Positions 45,044 to 55,562 of a stretch of DNA of 64,000 nt are shown here, piece by piece (the first letter of the stretch is position 1; each line of letters starts with the position of its first letter). The stretch comes from Rhodospirillaceae bacterium. Its GTDB lineage: Bacteria > Pseudomonadota > Alphaproteobacteria > GCA-2746255. The notes beneath the pieces are model-generated. The model saw only the letters and a program-made list of their open reading frames with translations, was not told where the DNA came from and ran no database searches. The stretch lies in NCBI GenBank assembly GCA_002746255.1, contig NVWO01000004.1, positions 76,774-140,773 on the forward strand, written 5' to 3'. Made by a program: the position numbers and the translations under genes.

Positions 45044-46355
45044 GCTACCGTCAGAAGACCTTTCCGAAGGCGGCAAGGCCAGCGCGCGCGCCTGCGTTCT
45101 TTCTCCTTTCTTGAAGGGAAGCGGTCATGAACCGCTCCGCCATGCGGAGGCGCGGCTTAGGGAAGCTGTGAATTTGACGGAGGCAATCGGGCTAAAGGTC
45201 GTCTGTGAAGAAACGGTTTCTCTGGCACGTATCGTGCCCGCAACGCTTTTCGGCAAGGGCACGGTTGAACGTTTTCACGACCAAATAACGGCCGATGACA
45301 TCGAATTGGTCGTCATTGATCATCCCGTTACGCCGGTTCAGCAGCGCAACCTGGAACGTGCCTGGGCGTGCAAGGTGATCGACCGCACGGGCCTTATTCT
45401 GGAAATCTTCGGCGCGCGTGCGCGGACCAGCGAAGGGCGCCTTCAGGTGGAACTTGCCCATCTTTCCTACCAACGCAGCCGCCTGGTGCGTTCCTGGACC
45501 CATTTAGAGCGCCAACGCGGCGGTTACGGCTTTCTGGGTGGGCCGGGGGAAACCCAGATCGAGACAGACCGCCGCCTTCTGGACAAGCGCATTACGCGAT
45601 TAAAACGCGATTTGAGTCAGGTCATGCGTACGCGTAAATTACACCGCCAGGCTCGAAAACGCGTGCCTTGTCCGGTTGTCGCCTTGGTCGGTTATACGAA
45701 TGCCGGCAAATCGACTCTGTTTAACCGGCTTACCGGCGCGGATGTTTTTGCCGAAGACCTGCTTTTTGCCACCCTGGACCCATTGATGCGCGGCCTGGTG
45801 CTGCCTTCCGGTCGCCACATTATTCTTTCGGATACGGTTGGTTTCATCTCGGACCTGCCGACGGATCTCGTCGCCGCCTTTCGTGCAACCCTGGAGGAAG
45901 TACGCGAGGCAGATCTTATCCTCCACGTTCGCGATATTGCCCATCCCGAAAGTTCGGACCAATGCCGCGATGTTCATAAGGTGCTACATGACCTTGAAAT
46001 CGGCGACCGGATCGAGAACGACGTGATTGAGGCCCTGAACAAGGCGGACCTTCTAACGCCTGAGCAGGACGAAAAATTACAAAACCAGGTCGCGCGCAAT
46101 CCCAACCAGGTGCTGTTATCGGCGGCAAGCGGAGAGGGGATTGACGAGCTTCTACCCCTTCTCGACGCACGCCTTGCGGCCAGCTTCACGGTGGTTGAAA
46201 TTGCCGTCCCCATTTCCGATGGCGCAACAATCGCCTGGCTTTATCGTCATGGCGAGGTCCTGGCACGCCAGGACGATGAGGCTTATGCGCATTTTCGTGT
46301 GCAGCTCGACCCAAAGGATGCGGCCCGCTTCGAAAACCGAATGGCCGACGCGTAA
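45003..46355 (+). CDS. hflX: Ribosome-splitting GTPase HflX
   Basis: [28 protein letters not shown]; start uncertain. Confidence 0.95.
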   Translation: MKRTRKTLKSKKSKLPSEDLSEGGKASARACVLSPFLKGSGHEPLRHAEARLREAVNLTEAIGLKVVCEETVSLARIVPATLFGKGTVERFHDQITADDIELVVIDHPVTPVQQRNLERAWACKVIDRTGLILEIFGARARTSEGRLQVELAHLSYQRSRLVRSWTHLERQRGGYGFLGGPGETQIETDRRLLDKRITRLKRDLSQVMRTRKLHRQARKRVPCPVVALVGYTNAGKSTLFNRLTGADVFAEDLLFATLDPLMRGLVLPSGRHIILSDTVGFISDLPTDLVAAFRATLEEVREADLILHVRDIAHPESSDQCRDVHKVLHDLEIGDRIENDVIEALNKADLLTPEQDEKLQNQVARNPNQVLLSAASGEGIDELLPLLDARLAASFTVVEIAVPISDGATIAWLYRHGEVLARQDDEAYAHFRVQLDPKDAARFENRMADA

Positions 46356-46356
46356 G

Positions 46357-47178
46357 CTAAACGCTTTTTTCTTCTTTTTTCACGCGTTCCCAAAGCGTTT
46401 CTAACTGTTCAAGCGGCGTCGCCTCAATCGTTGCACCGGCAGGTAGAAGCGCCTCTATCCCCGCAAAACGCCGTTCGAACTTCGCGTTTGCGGTCCGAAG
46501 GGCAGCTTCGCTATCGATAGCAAAATGCCGGGCAAGGTTTACACAAGTGAAGAAAAGATCGCCGATTTCCTCGGCAAGAGGCGAATTTTTCCGTTCAGCG
46601 ATTGGACCAGGTGGTAATTCCGCCCGAATTTCAGCAATTTCCTCGGCAATTTTATCGAAAACCGGCTCAACCTCATCCCAATCAAAGCCGACGCGGGCAG
46701 CCCGTTTCTGAAGTTTTTCAGCGCGGAGCAGGGCGGGCAGGGCATGCGCGACCCCTTCAAGCACGCCACCCCGCTTGTTTTTCTGGCGCTCACGCGCTTT
46801 TTCAGCCTCCCAGGCTTCGGTCTGGGCTTTCGCACTCGCAACTGCCGCCCCGCCAAAGACATGGGGGTGGCGACGAATCATTTTTTCGGAAACGCCGGCA
46901 ACAACATCGGCAAAGGTGAAATGACCAAGCTCGGCCGCCATCTCCGCGTGATAAACGACCTGAAGCAGGAGGTCGCCCAGTTCGTCCTGAAGCGCCGCCA
47001 TGTCGTTTTTATCGATTGCCTCAGCCACTTCATAGGCTTCTTCAATCGTATAAGGCGCGATGGATTTGAAATCCTGTTCGCGGTCCCAGGGGCAGCCGTC
47101 CTTTGGATCCCGAAGGCGGCGCATGACGTCCAAAAGCCTGGAAATTTCGCCGGGTTTGTCTGTCTGGTTCTTGCTCAT
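46357..47178 (-). CDS. mazG: Nucleoside triphosphate pyrophosphohydrolase
   Basis: GCPWDREQ, EEAYE, ELGDLLLQ, RRHPHVF. Confidence 0.96.
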   Translation of the reverse strand: MSKNQTDKPGEISRLLDVMRRLRDPKDGCPWDREQDFKSIAPYTIEEAYEVAEAIDKNDMAALQDELGDLLLQVVYHAEMAAELGHFTFADVVAGVSEKMIRRHPHVFGGAAVASAKAQTEAWEAEKARERQKNKRGGVLEGVAHALPALLRAEKLQKRAARVGFDWDEVEPVFDKIAEEIAEIRAELPPGPIAERKNSPLAEEIGDLFFTCVNLARHFAIDSEAALRTANAKFERRFAGIEALLPAGATIEATPLEQLETLWERVKKEEKSV

Positions 47179-47897
47179 GGCCGGTTACAATCTGCTGCAT
47201 AAACAACGTGGTATGTCATTTTATTGCCACATTTACGCAGGGCGGTGCGCAGCTGGGACGGCGACAGTCGAGCCTCCTGCCGTGAGGCGGTAGCACCGAT
47301 ATGCTTCAGGTTTATCAGGAAATCCACCGGACGATCGTAGTGGGTTTGAAAGATGTCTTCGGCCAGAGGCTCCGGGATCCGTTGGCCTTGCAGCACAGCA
47401 TCCGGCAAACCCAAATCTTTCAAGGTTGATTTCCACTCAATATAGGATTGCGCGCCAAGGGTGGAAAAAAGGATGCATGCTTGGGGGCTGAGCAGGCGCT
47501 TTAAGCGTTCGATGCTGCCCTCAAAATCCTCGAACCACTGGAACGTCATGCTGCTGGCGATCAAATCAAACGGTCCCGTGATATCCGGGGCTTCGCCGTC
47601 CATAAGAGAAAAATGCCGGTTGGGCCCGGCATAGCGGTTCTTGCATATTTGGAGCATCGGCTCCGAAATATCCGTGATAAAGAGTTCCGCCTTTGGATAG
47701 GTCGCGATCAAATGCTCCGTGAAAAACCCAGTGCCACAGCCAATTTCAAGGATATGCGGGAATTCTGGCACGGGTAGGGCGGGCAGAAAGGTGGCCAGCC
47801 GCTTTGCTGCCTGTTTTTGCACCGCGGCGTGATCGTCATAACTCGCCACCGCCTGGCCAAAACGGGCAATAATTTTTTGTTTAAAGGCTGTGTTCAT
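47175..47897 (-). CDS. bioC: BioC-like SAM methyltransferase (malonyl-ACP O-methyltransferase)
   Basis: F..A..SYD.HA.VQ, LEIGCGTG, SSMTFQW, LKHIGA. Confidence 0.8.
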   Translation of the reverse strand: MNTAFKQKIIARFGQAVASYDDHAAVQKQAAKRLATFLPALPVPEFPHILEIGCGTGFFTEHLIATYPKAELFITDISEPMLQICKNRYAGPNRHFSLMDGEAPDITGPFDLIASSMTFQWFEDFEGSIERLKRLLSPQACILFSTLGAQSYIEWKSTLKDLGLPDAVLQGQRIPEPLAEDIFQTHYDRPVDFLINLKHIGATASRQEARLSPSQLRTALRKCGNKMTYHVVYAADCNRP

Positions 47898-48501
47898 CCA
47901 GGAACGCTTTTATCTGTCCGACGCACCAGTCCGGATGCGTGATGGGTAGAAAGTGATCTTTGCCGTCCAGCCAGTTGAGGTTGGCATCGTACCAGATCGC
48001 TTCGGTCATTTTTCTTGGAACAATGGGGTCTTTTGTCGCGGCCAGGGCCAGAATCGGGCAATTAAGCGCCCCATGCGCCTTTTCTTCATTCCATTCTGTC
48101 AGCCAGTCCAGCCCGGTTTTCAACCGGTCAACGTTCATTTCGTCTTCGCCAAGGTAAGGCGTCGTGCCCCAAAATTCACACATCATCGGATAGGGGGCGG
48201 TATCAAGGCGTTCTTTCATCGCCTGTAAAATGCCCGTTGGAGCGTATTTGGCAAAATTGTCAAAGCCGCAAATGCTGACAAAGGCTTTCATAGGTGCTGT
48301 CGCGTGCCGCAGCAACCAGAGCGAGCCAACGGAATGCCCGATGGCGATATAATCGCTTTTCGGCAAACAATCGACCGCATCGGCGACGCGATTGCCAAAG
48401 CCAAGATCAAGAACAAGGCATTCCCGGTCCGGGAGCAGATTCACAATTGCGTCCCACACCTTGGCGTCGAACCCCCAGCCATGCACAAAAACCAGCTTCA
48501 T
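47881..48501 (-). CDS. BioH-like alpha/beta hydrolase
   Basis: VHGWG, GHSVG nucleophile motif, DPIVP, HFLP; overlaps the bioC start. Confidence 0.72.
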   Translation of the reverse strand: MKLVFVHGWGFDAKVWDAIVNLLPDRECLVLDLGFGNRVADAVDCLPKSDYIAIGHSVGSLWLLRHATAPMKAFVSICGFDNFAKYAPTGILQAMKERLDTAPYPMMCEFWGTTPYLGEDEMNVDRLKTGLDWLTEWNEEKAHGALNCPILALAATKDPIVPRKMTEAIWYDANLNWLDGKDHFLPITHPDWCVGQIKAFLDEHSL

Positions 48502-48575
48502 CGCAGAGCTATATCCATAGAGGGGGCACCTCGGCACAACGATCCAAAGATCGCATAATGGTTATTATGACAAAT

Positions 48576-49349
48576 TCATGATGGGACATCCAAGACCATG
48601 CCATCGTAAGCCGGTTCGACCCCGTCTGGCAGACTTCTCGCCAGGGTTTCGTAGTCCGCGTCCTGGTTCATATGGGTCAGCACCGCGCGTTCGGGTGCCA
48701 CGCGCTTAATCCAGGCCAGCGTTTGCGCCAGATGCGAATGGGTCGGATGGGAGCGGTCCCGCAAGCAATCGACAATCCACAGCCGCACACCGCGCAAGCT
48801 TTCAAATGCCGCTTCTGAAAGGCCCACAACATCCGTTGAATAAGCGATCGGCCCGAAACGAAATCCAAGGCTTGTTCGGCCAAAACCGTGATCTTGCTCA
48901 AATGGTAAAACGTCAATGTTTCCAATGCGAAATGGGCCATTAATGAGATTTGGGGTGAGGCATGGCTTAAAAAATCCGTATTCCTCGGGCATTTTTTCCA
49001 GGACATAGCCAAACCTGGCCTCGATCGCGGCCAGAGTTTCGCGATCCGCATAGATCGGAATCCAGGCCCCCATCCTGCGATTTACTGGGCGCAGATCATC
49101 AATGCCATGGATGTGATCGGCGTGCGTATGGGTGAAAAGCACGCCATCCAGCCGCTCAGTGCCCGCAGCCAGCAATTGGGCACGAAGGTCTGGCGAGGTA
49201 TCGACAAGCAAGGCCGTTTCCCGGTCTTCGACCAGAATTGACGCCCGCAAGCGGCTGTTTTTTGGGTTTTTCGGGTCGCAAGCGCCCCAGTCGTTGCCAA
49301 TCAGTGGCACACCGCCAGAACCGCCACAGCCTAAAATACGGACCCGCAT
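48576..49349 (-). CDS. PhnP-like MBL-fold hydrolase
   Basis: LGCGGSGGVP, THTHADHIHG; follows tatD. Confidence 0.92.
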   Translation of the reverse strand: MRVRILGCGGSGGVPLIGNDWGACDPKNPKNSRLRASILVEDRETALLVDTSPDLRAQLLAAGTERLDGVLFTHTHADHIHGIDDLRPVNRRMGAWIPIYADRETLAAIEARFGYVLEKMPEEYGFFKPCLTPNLINGPFRIGNIDVLPFEQDHGFGRTSLGFRFGPIAYSTDVVGLSEAAFESLRGVRLWIVDCLRDRSHPTHSHLAQTLAWIKRVAPERAVLTHMNQDADYETLARSLPDGVEPAYDGMVLDVPS

Positions 49350-50135
49350 TCAGGCCTCCCTTGAGCGTTTTGCCTTCGTGAAAAGGCGGAAGAAATTTGC
49401 CGTTGTCTGATCCTCAAGGGCCCTTTTCTCCAGCCCGAAAAGGTCGGCGGCCGCTTTTGCCGTCTCAGTCACATAGGCCGGCTCGTTCCGTTTGCCACGG
49501 TAAGGCATGGGGGCCAGATAGGGCGCGTCCGTCTCGACAAGCAGCTTATCAAGCGGGATTTTTCGGGCTGTTTCGCGAAGTGCGTCTGATTTTTTAAAGG
49601 TCAGGATGCCCGAAAGCGAGATGTAGAAACCAAGGCGAACGGCACCTTTCGCCAGTGCGTCCCCCCCGGTAAAGCAATGGATAACACCGGTAAAGGCCCC
49701 CTTCTCCATCTCTTCTTCCAAAATTGCGACCGTGTCGGCCTCGGCATTGCGGCTATGGACGATAAGCGGCAGCCCCGTTGCCCGGGCCGCGCCGATGTGA
49801 GCCCGAAAGGCGCTTTTCTGGCTTTCACGCGGGCTGTGCTCGTAAAAGTAATCGAGTCCGGTTTCGCCGATGCCGACGACTTTTTCATGCTGGGCCAAGG
49901 TGACAAGCTGTTCCGTGCGGGCCCCTTCCTTTTCCGCTTCGTGGGGATGAACGCCAACCGTGCACCAGACATTCCCATGGGCCTCGGCGACGCGAAGCAC
50001 GTCTGGAAAATCCGACAGTTTTGTTGAAATCGTCAGCATATAGCCAACGCCCGCATCCTCGGCGCGCGCCATGACCTCGCCCAAATCATCGTGGTAATCC
50101 GAAAAACTTAAATGGCAGTGGCTATCGACCAGCAT
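49350..50135 (-). CDS. tatD: TatD-family DNase
   Basis: DSHCH, GVHPH, GETGLD, HCFTG, ETDAPYL. Confidence 0.93.
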   Translation of the reverse strand: MLVDSHCHLSFSDYHDDLGEVMARAEDAGVGYMLTISTKLSDFPDVLRVAEAHGNVWCTVGVHPHEAEKEGARTEQLVTLAQHEKVVGIGETGLDYFYEHSPRESQKSAFRAHIGAARATGLPLIVHSRNAEADTVAILEEEMEKGAFTGVIHCFTGGDALAKGAVRLGFYISLSGILTFKKSDALRETARKIPLDKLLVETDAPYLAPMPYRGKRNEPAYVTETAKAAADLFGLEKRALEDQTTANFFRLFTKAKRSREA

Positions 50136-51669
50136 CCGCGCCCTCCTCCACAAAGCGTGGAAAGATGCCCTCAGGCTTGGCAATCGGCGTGCCCGGTTTC
50201 AGGGCATAATCCGGGGTAAGCTGCGCAAATTGGCGCAAATCCTGTGGAACGGCAATCTGGTCCAGAATTTTCGCACCCGCATCCGGCATGATCGGCTGAA
50301 CAAGAATGCCAAGATGCCGGATCGCTTCCCCAAGCACATAGAGAACCGTCCGCATGCGCGCCGGGTCTTTCTTCTTCAGTTCCCAGGGGGCCTGCGCATC
50401 GACGTAGCGGTTGGCGAGGCCGACGCATTCCCAAAGGGCAATCAGGGCCTTGTGAAAGGCCTGCGCCAGAATTTCCTCGCGAAAAACGGCGAAAACCGCG
50501 TCGGTTTCGGCAAGCAGGGCGGTGTCAGCCTCTGTGAATTCGCCGGGCTCTGGAATGGCACCCTCGCAGTTTTTGTGGATCATCGACAAAACGCGCTGGA
50601 CGAGATTGCCGAAATCATTCGCCAAATCGCCATTTGTCCGATGGACGACGGCCTGGTGAGAAAAATCGCCATCTTTTCCGAAAGGCACCTCGCGGAGCAA
50701 AAAGAAGCGCAGTGGGTCCAGCCCATATTTTGCAATGAGTTCGAAGGGATCAATGCTGTTGCCAAGGGATTTCGATATTTTCTGGCCTTCATTCGTCCAC
50801 CAGCCATGGGCAAAAATGCGTTTTGGCGGCGCGATGCCGGCAGCCATCAGAAAGGCCGGCCAATAAACAGCGTGAAAGCGTAGAATATCTTTACCTACAA
50901 TATGAACATCTGCAGGCCAAAACGTTGAAAACTCTTCACATTCTGTATCCGGGTAGCCGACGCCGGTCATGTAGTTCGTCAGCGCGTCGAGCCACACATA
51001 CATCACGTGATCGTCATGCCCAGGCACTGGAATGCCCCATTTAAAGCTTGTCCGCGAAATGGAAAGATCGCGAAGTCCCGATTCAACGAAACGGATCACC
51101 TCGTTGCGGCGGCTTTCCGGGGCAATAAAGTCCGGATTGGCTTTGTAAAATTCAAGCAGCGGTGCCTGCCAGTCCGAAAGGCGGAAGAAATAGCTCGGCT
51201 CCTCGACCCATTCGACCTCGGCGCCCGTTGGGGCCTTGCCGTCAACCAGCTCTTTTTCCCGGTAAAAGGCCTCGTCACGGACGGAATACCAGCCGGAATA
51301 GCTGTCTAGATAGATCTGCCCCTTTTCCTCAAGCACCTTCCAGAGCGCCTGAACGGCTTTAAAATGGCGCGGCTGCGTTGTGCGAACAAAGTCGTCATTG
51401 CTGAAATTCATCGCCTGCGCGAGTTCGCGGAAATTCTCCGACACCTTGTCAACAAAAGGCTGGGTGGCAATCCCTGCCTTGGCGGCAGATTTTTCGACTT
51501 TTTGCCCATGCTCGTCGGTGCCGGTCAGAAACTTGACGCGCTGTCCGTCGAGACGCAGGAAACGCGCCAGCACATCGCAAGCCAGTGTCGTATAGGCGTG
51601 GCCGATATGGGGGGCATCGTTGACGTAATAGATCGGTGTCGTGACGTAAAAGGACTTGTTGGCGGACAT
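50122..51669 (-). CDS. metG: Methionine-tRNA ligase
   Basis: TTPIYYVN..HIGH, YVWLDAL, KISKS. Confidence 0.97.
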   Translation of the reverse strand: MSANKSFYVTTPIYYVNDAPHIGHAYTTLACDVLARFLRLDGQRVKFLTGTDEHGQKVEKSAAKAGIATQPFVDKVSENFRELAQAMNFSNDDFVRTTQPRHFKAVQALWKVLEEKGQIYLDSYSGWYSVRDEAFYREKELVDGKAPTGAEVEWVEEPSYFFRLSDWQAPLLEFYKANPDFIAPESRRNEVIRFVESGLRDLSISRTSFKWGIPVPGHDDHVMYVWLDALTNYMTGVGYPDTECEEFSTFWPADVHIVGKDILRFHAVYWPAFLMAAGIAPPKRIFAHGWWTNEGQKISKSLGNSIDPFELIAKYGLDPLRFFLLREVPFGKDGDFSHQAVVHRTNGDLANDFGNLVQRVLSMIHKNCEGAIPEPGEFTEADTALLAETDAVFAVFREEILAQAFHKALIALWECVGLANRYVDAQAPWELKKKDPARMRTVLYVLGEAIRHLGILVQPIMPDAGAKILDQIAVPQDLRQFAQLTPDYALKPGTPIAKPEGIFPRFVEEGADAGR

Positions 51670-51721
51670 CTTCGCTCCTGACTGCTTCGAAAGCCGGCGC
51701 CAGGGCCTGGGCGCAATTCTC

Positions 51722-52780
51722 TTAAACCGCCGCCGGCTGTCGCACGGCACCCTCCAACGTGTGAAAGACGTTCAACAGAACCTGCTTGCGATCCAGATGG
51801 CTGTATTTTGCCTCGACCGAGAGACGGTTGATTTTTTCCCACACCTCCACCCATTCCGCAAGGTTCGCGCCATCCGGGATTTCCGGCATGTGCGAGCCAA
51901 GGGCACGGCCCTTGATCCGGTTTGCCAGCCATTGGCTTAAAAGATCGCTCACGACAAACCAGCTTTCCCCGGCTCGGGGGCCGCTTAACCGACCGGCAAA
52001 GTCATGCAGCGCCGGAACATCAAGATCAGGCAACGCGTTTAAAAACCCAAGCAACTCCTCGTAGAGGTCAAGCCCCCCTTCTGCGATCAGCCGAAGCGCG
52101 TTGCCAATGCTGCCTTCGGCCAGGCCTATCAAGGCATTGCGTGTGTCTGGCTCCAGATCCGGTTGCTGGCTTTGCAAAAGCCGCCCCATGGTTTCTTCAT
52201 TCAAAGGGCGCAAGGCCAGATGTCGGCACCGGGAACGAATGGTTGGCAAAACGCGGCCCGGATTGTGGCTGACGAGCAGCAAAAGAGCTTTCGAAGGCGG
52301 TTCTTCCAGCAGCTTCAGAATGGCATTGCCTGCGGCCCGGTTCATTTCGTCGGCGCTGTCGATAACAACGACGCGCCAGCCGCCTTCCGCCGCCGTCATG
52401 GAAAGGAATGGGCCGATGCGGCGGCTTTCCTTAACGGAAATTTCCCGCAGATTGCGCTTGCGTCCCTCTTCATTGTCGCTTTCGATCACAAGCAAATCCC
52501 CATGGCTGCCAACGGCGGTCCGCTGAAAGATGGGGGTTTCCGGCGCAAGATAGAGGGGAGACGCCGTCGGGCTTTCCTTGCCGCCAGCCAGCACGAAACG
52601 CGCAAAGCGGTAGGCAAGGGTAGCCTTCCCCACCCCGCGCGGACCGGTCAGCAGCCAGGCATGGGGCAGGCGCCCCGAGCGCCACGCCTCGAAAAGACGC
52701 TGCTCGGCCGCCTCATGACCCAGCAGGTCCGGGTTCGTCCGTGGCAAATCCGGCGGCGGCATGGTTTCGGCGGCGCTCAT
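51722..52780 (-). CDS. holB: DNA polymerase III delta-prime
   Basis: HAWLLTGPRGVGKAT, LKLLEEPP, PTIRSRC. Confidence 0.95.
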   Translation of the reverse strand: MSAAETMPPPDLPRTNPDLLGHEAAEQRLFEAWRSGRLPHAWLLTGPRGVGKATLAYRFARFVLAGGKESPTASPLYLAPETPIFQRTAVGSHGDLLVIESDNEEGRKRNLREISVKESRRIGPFLSMTAAEGGWRVVVIDSADEMNRAAGNAILKLLEEPPSKALLLLVSHNPGRVLPTIRSRCRHLALRPLNEETMGRLLQSQQPDLEPDTRNALIGLAEGSIGNALRLIAEGGLDLYEELLGFLNALPDLDVPALHDFAGRLSGPRAGESWFVVSDLLSQWLANRIKGRALGSHMPEIPDGANLAEWVEVWEKINRLSVEAKYSHLDRKQVLLNVFHTLEGAVRQPAAV

Positions 52781-53412
52781 GGAAAGCACCCCCCCAGCCT
52801 GTTGGCGACAAGGGCCTGGACTTCACCTTGAATGGCTTCAACCGTCATCGTCCCATCGACCACGACGATGCGTTCCGGTGCGCCCTCTGCAATCGCAAGG
52901 AAGCCTTCGCGAAGCCGCGTATGAAAAGCCAAATTCATTTCTTCATAGCGGTTGTTGCCCATGGCGCGCATAGCGGTCCGTTTCAGGCCAATTTCCGCCG
53001 GAAGGTCAAGCAGGATGGTGAGGTCCGGCACGAAATCGCCAGCCACCCTTTGATAAAGCGACTGGATCCACGCCCGGTCAAGGTCCTTGCCATAGCCTTG
53101 ATAGGCAAGGGTTGAGTCGGCAAAACGGTCGGCGAGCACCCATTTTCCGGCTTCAAGCGCGGGCCAAACCGTTGTCACAAGATGGTCGCGACGGGCCGCG
53201 TTGAACAGAAGACATTCTAAAAGCGGGTCCCCGTTGAAGGTGGCTGAAAAAAGCAGTTCGCGAATCCGTTCGGCTGCAGGCGAGCCGCCCGGCTCGCGGG
53301 TTGCAAGTGTCGGTTGACCCGCTTTTTCCAAGGCGTCGGCAAGCAGCTTTATCTGGGTCGTCTTACCGGCCCCTTCCCCACCTTCGAAGGTAATGAATCG
53401 CGCGGCAGCCAC
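52777..53412 (-). CDS. tmk: Thymidylate kinase
   Basis: FEGGEGAGKTTQ, REPGG, DRFADSTLAYQG. Confidence 0.97.
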   Translation of the reverse strand: MAAARFITFEGGEGAGKTTQIKLLADALEKAGQPTLATREPGGSPAAERIRELLFSATFNGDPLLECLLFNAARRDHLVTTVWPALEAGKWVLADRFADSTLAYQGYGKDLDRAWIQSLYQRVAGDFVPDLTILLDLPAEIGLKRTAMRAMGNNRYEEMNLAFHTRLREGFLAIAEGAPERIVVVDGTMTVEAIQGEVQALVANRLGGCFP

Positions 53413-53450
53413 CCTCCATCACTCCAAAAAGCTTTGTGGCGTGCATTGCA

Positions 53451-54608
53451 TCAATGGGATGCGCCCCATAGAAGATACCGCATCGCCGCCCCCATCTTGC
53501 CAAAGAAGCCAAGCTGTTCGACATCTTTTCCGGCTACCAGCGGCACTTCGCGCGTCGCTTCCCCAGGAAGCTGGATTTTCAGCATGGCGACTTGCGTCCC
53601 CTTCATTACCGGCGCCGGGACAGGATCGCTATAAGCCACGGAAACCTGCATATCCTTGCGGGCTTTTCGCGGCAGCGTCAGGACAATGTCTTTCTCGATA
53701 ACAAGCGGCACGGTGTTTTCCATACCAAGCCAGACATGTGCCTTGTCCACTTCTTCCCCCGCCTTGAAAAGTTCGTAATTGTTGAACTCGCGGAAGCCCC
53801 ATTCAAGGATACGCCGGGACTCAGCGGCGCGCGCGCGTTTGCTTGGCAAGCCATTGACGACAAGAACAAGGCGCCGTCCATTCCGCATGACAGAAGAAGC
53901 CAGCCCATAGCCAATTGCCTCCGTATGGCCGGTCTTCAGGCCATCCGCCCCTTCCGTTCCATAGAGGAGCGGATTGCGATTGCCTTGACGAATACCGCCA
54001 TAGGTAAATTCTTTTTCGGAATAGATGCCGTAATATTCTGGAAAATCCTTGATTGTCCAAAGGGCCACGGTCGCAATGTCGCGAACGGACATATGTTGTC
54101 CTTCGGCAGGCCAGCCGGTCGCATTTTTAAAGACGCTGTTCGCAAGCCCCATCTTTTGCCCTTCGGCGTTCATTTCTGACGCAAAGGCGCTCTCACTACC
54201 AGCCAGGCCTTCCGCAACGACGATGGAGGCATCGTTGCCTGACTGAATGATAATCCCCCTGATCAAATCTTCGATCGCAACGTCTTTGCCGACTTCGACA
54301 AACATCTTTGAACCACCTTTCTTCCAGGCGGTTTCGCTGACAGACAGCGTGTCGTCAAGTGAGAGGCGGCCATCCTTTAATCGCTGAAAAACAAGATAGA
54401 CCGTCATCATCTTGCTCATGGAAGACGGTGGATAGGGTTCGTCCGCATTTTTCTCGAACAAAACCGCGCCCGTCATCGCATCAATTAAAATTACGGCTTT
54501 CGCATCCGATTCCAGGGCCATCGCCTTTTGAATGGCGATGCCGCCAAACAGGAAAAAGACAAGGGCCGCCACACCGAGGTAACGGAAACGCACGATCAAG
54601 GCGTTCAT
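53451..54608 (-). CDS. dacA: D-alanyl-D-alanine carboxypeptidase
   Basis: SMSK, SGN and KTG penicillin-binding motifs. Confidence 0.93.
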   Translation of the reverse strand: MNALIVRFRYLGVAALVFFLFGGIAIQKAMALESDAKAVILIDAMTGAVLFEKNADEPYPPSSMSKMMTVYLVFQRLKDGRLSLDDTLSVSETAWKKGGSKMFVEVGKDVAIEDLIRGIIIQSGNDASIVVAEGLAGSESAFASEMNAEGQKMGLANSVFKNATGWPAEGQHMSVRDIATVALWTIKDFPEYYGIYSEKEFTYGGIRQGNRNPLLYGTEGADGLKTGHTEAIGYGLASSVMRNGRRLVLVVNGLPSKRARAAESRRILEWGFREFNNYELFKAGEEVDKAHVWLGMENTVPLVIEKDIVLTLPRKARKDMQVSVAYSDPVPAPVMKGTQVAMLKIQLPGEATREVPLVAGKDVEQLGFFGKMGAAMRYLLWGASH

Positions 54609-54650
54609 ATGCTTTTCATTTCGTTTCAGATTGAAGGGAACAAAGGTTTT

Positions 54651-55535
54651 TTAATCCACGATAAGGCGCGCTTCCGGATAGCCCGCTTTCACAACGGCGT
54701 CGAGTTTAACATCTGCCTCCTCAACGCTTGCAAGAGGCCCTAAGCGAACGCGATAAAGCTCGCGATCTCCCAAGGCGACCGGCGTCACATTCGTCCGGCC
54801 GATTTGCTGAAGGCGCGTGCTCACGCTCGTTGCATTTTCATATTTAGAAAAGGCCCCGGCCTGGATAAACATCTGGGTCGGCACCACCGCTTCCGTCGTC
54901 ACAACGGGGTCAGGCGGCGGCGCAATGGACACGGTATCTGCTTTTGCAGACGCAAACACCACCGGCTTCGAAGACGCCGGCATGGGCGTGTCCCCCCTTA
55001 TGGCCGCAGCAAGCTGGCGGCTTTCCCCGACCAGAATTTCAACCCGCACCTTCGCCGTTCCCTTGTCACGGAAGCCGAGAAGTTCTGCGCCCCGCCGCGA
55101 CATATCGAGAATTCGCGATCGCGCAAAGGGCCCGCGATCATTCACTTTCACCTTCAGGGAACGACCGTTCTCAAGGTTTGTGACCCGCACCATGCTTGGA
55201 AGCGGCAGGGTACGATGCGCCGCCGTCACCAGATGCATATCAAAGATTTCACCGTTTGCCGTCCTGCGATTATGGAAAGCGGTTCCATACCATGAGGCAA
55301 TTCCGGTTTCGACATAGCGGTCATCTTCAGACGGGTAATACCAGACGCCATCAATCTGATAAGGCGTCCCAATCTTGTAAATCGGTTGGGGGGTATCCCC
55401 ACCAAGGCGTTTTGCGGTGTGGAGAGCCAGTTCCGTCTCTGCACAGCCACCAAGCAAGACCGCCATTCCGACGACAAGCGCAAGCCCAATTGCGAAGGAA
55501 GAGGAAAATCGGCGCCACTGCATTTGGTGTCTCAC
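54651..55535 (-). CDS. rlpA: Septal lytic transglycosylase RlpA (lipoprotein, SPOR domain)
   Basis: Lipobox LGGC, GIASWYG, AAHRTLPLPS, VNDRGPF, C-terminal SPOR. Confidence 0.94.
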   Translation of the reverse strand: MRHQMQWRRFSSSFAIGLALVVGMAVLLGGCAETELALHTAKRLGGDTPQPIYKIGTPYQIDGVWYYPSEDDRYVETGIASWYGTAFHNRRTANGEIFDMHLVTAAHRTLPLPSMVRVTNLENGRSLKVKVNDRGPFARSRILDMSRRGAELLGFRDKGTAKVRVEILVGESRQLAAAIRGDTPMPASSKPVVFASAKADTVSIAPPPDPVVTTEAVVPTQMFIQAGAFSKYENATSVSTRLQQIGRTNVTPVALGDRELYRVRLGPLASVEEADVKLDAVVKAGYPEARLIVD

Positions 55536-55562
55536 CCCGTTTTCCAGAGATTATATGGTATT

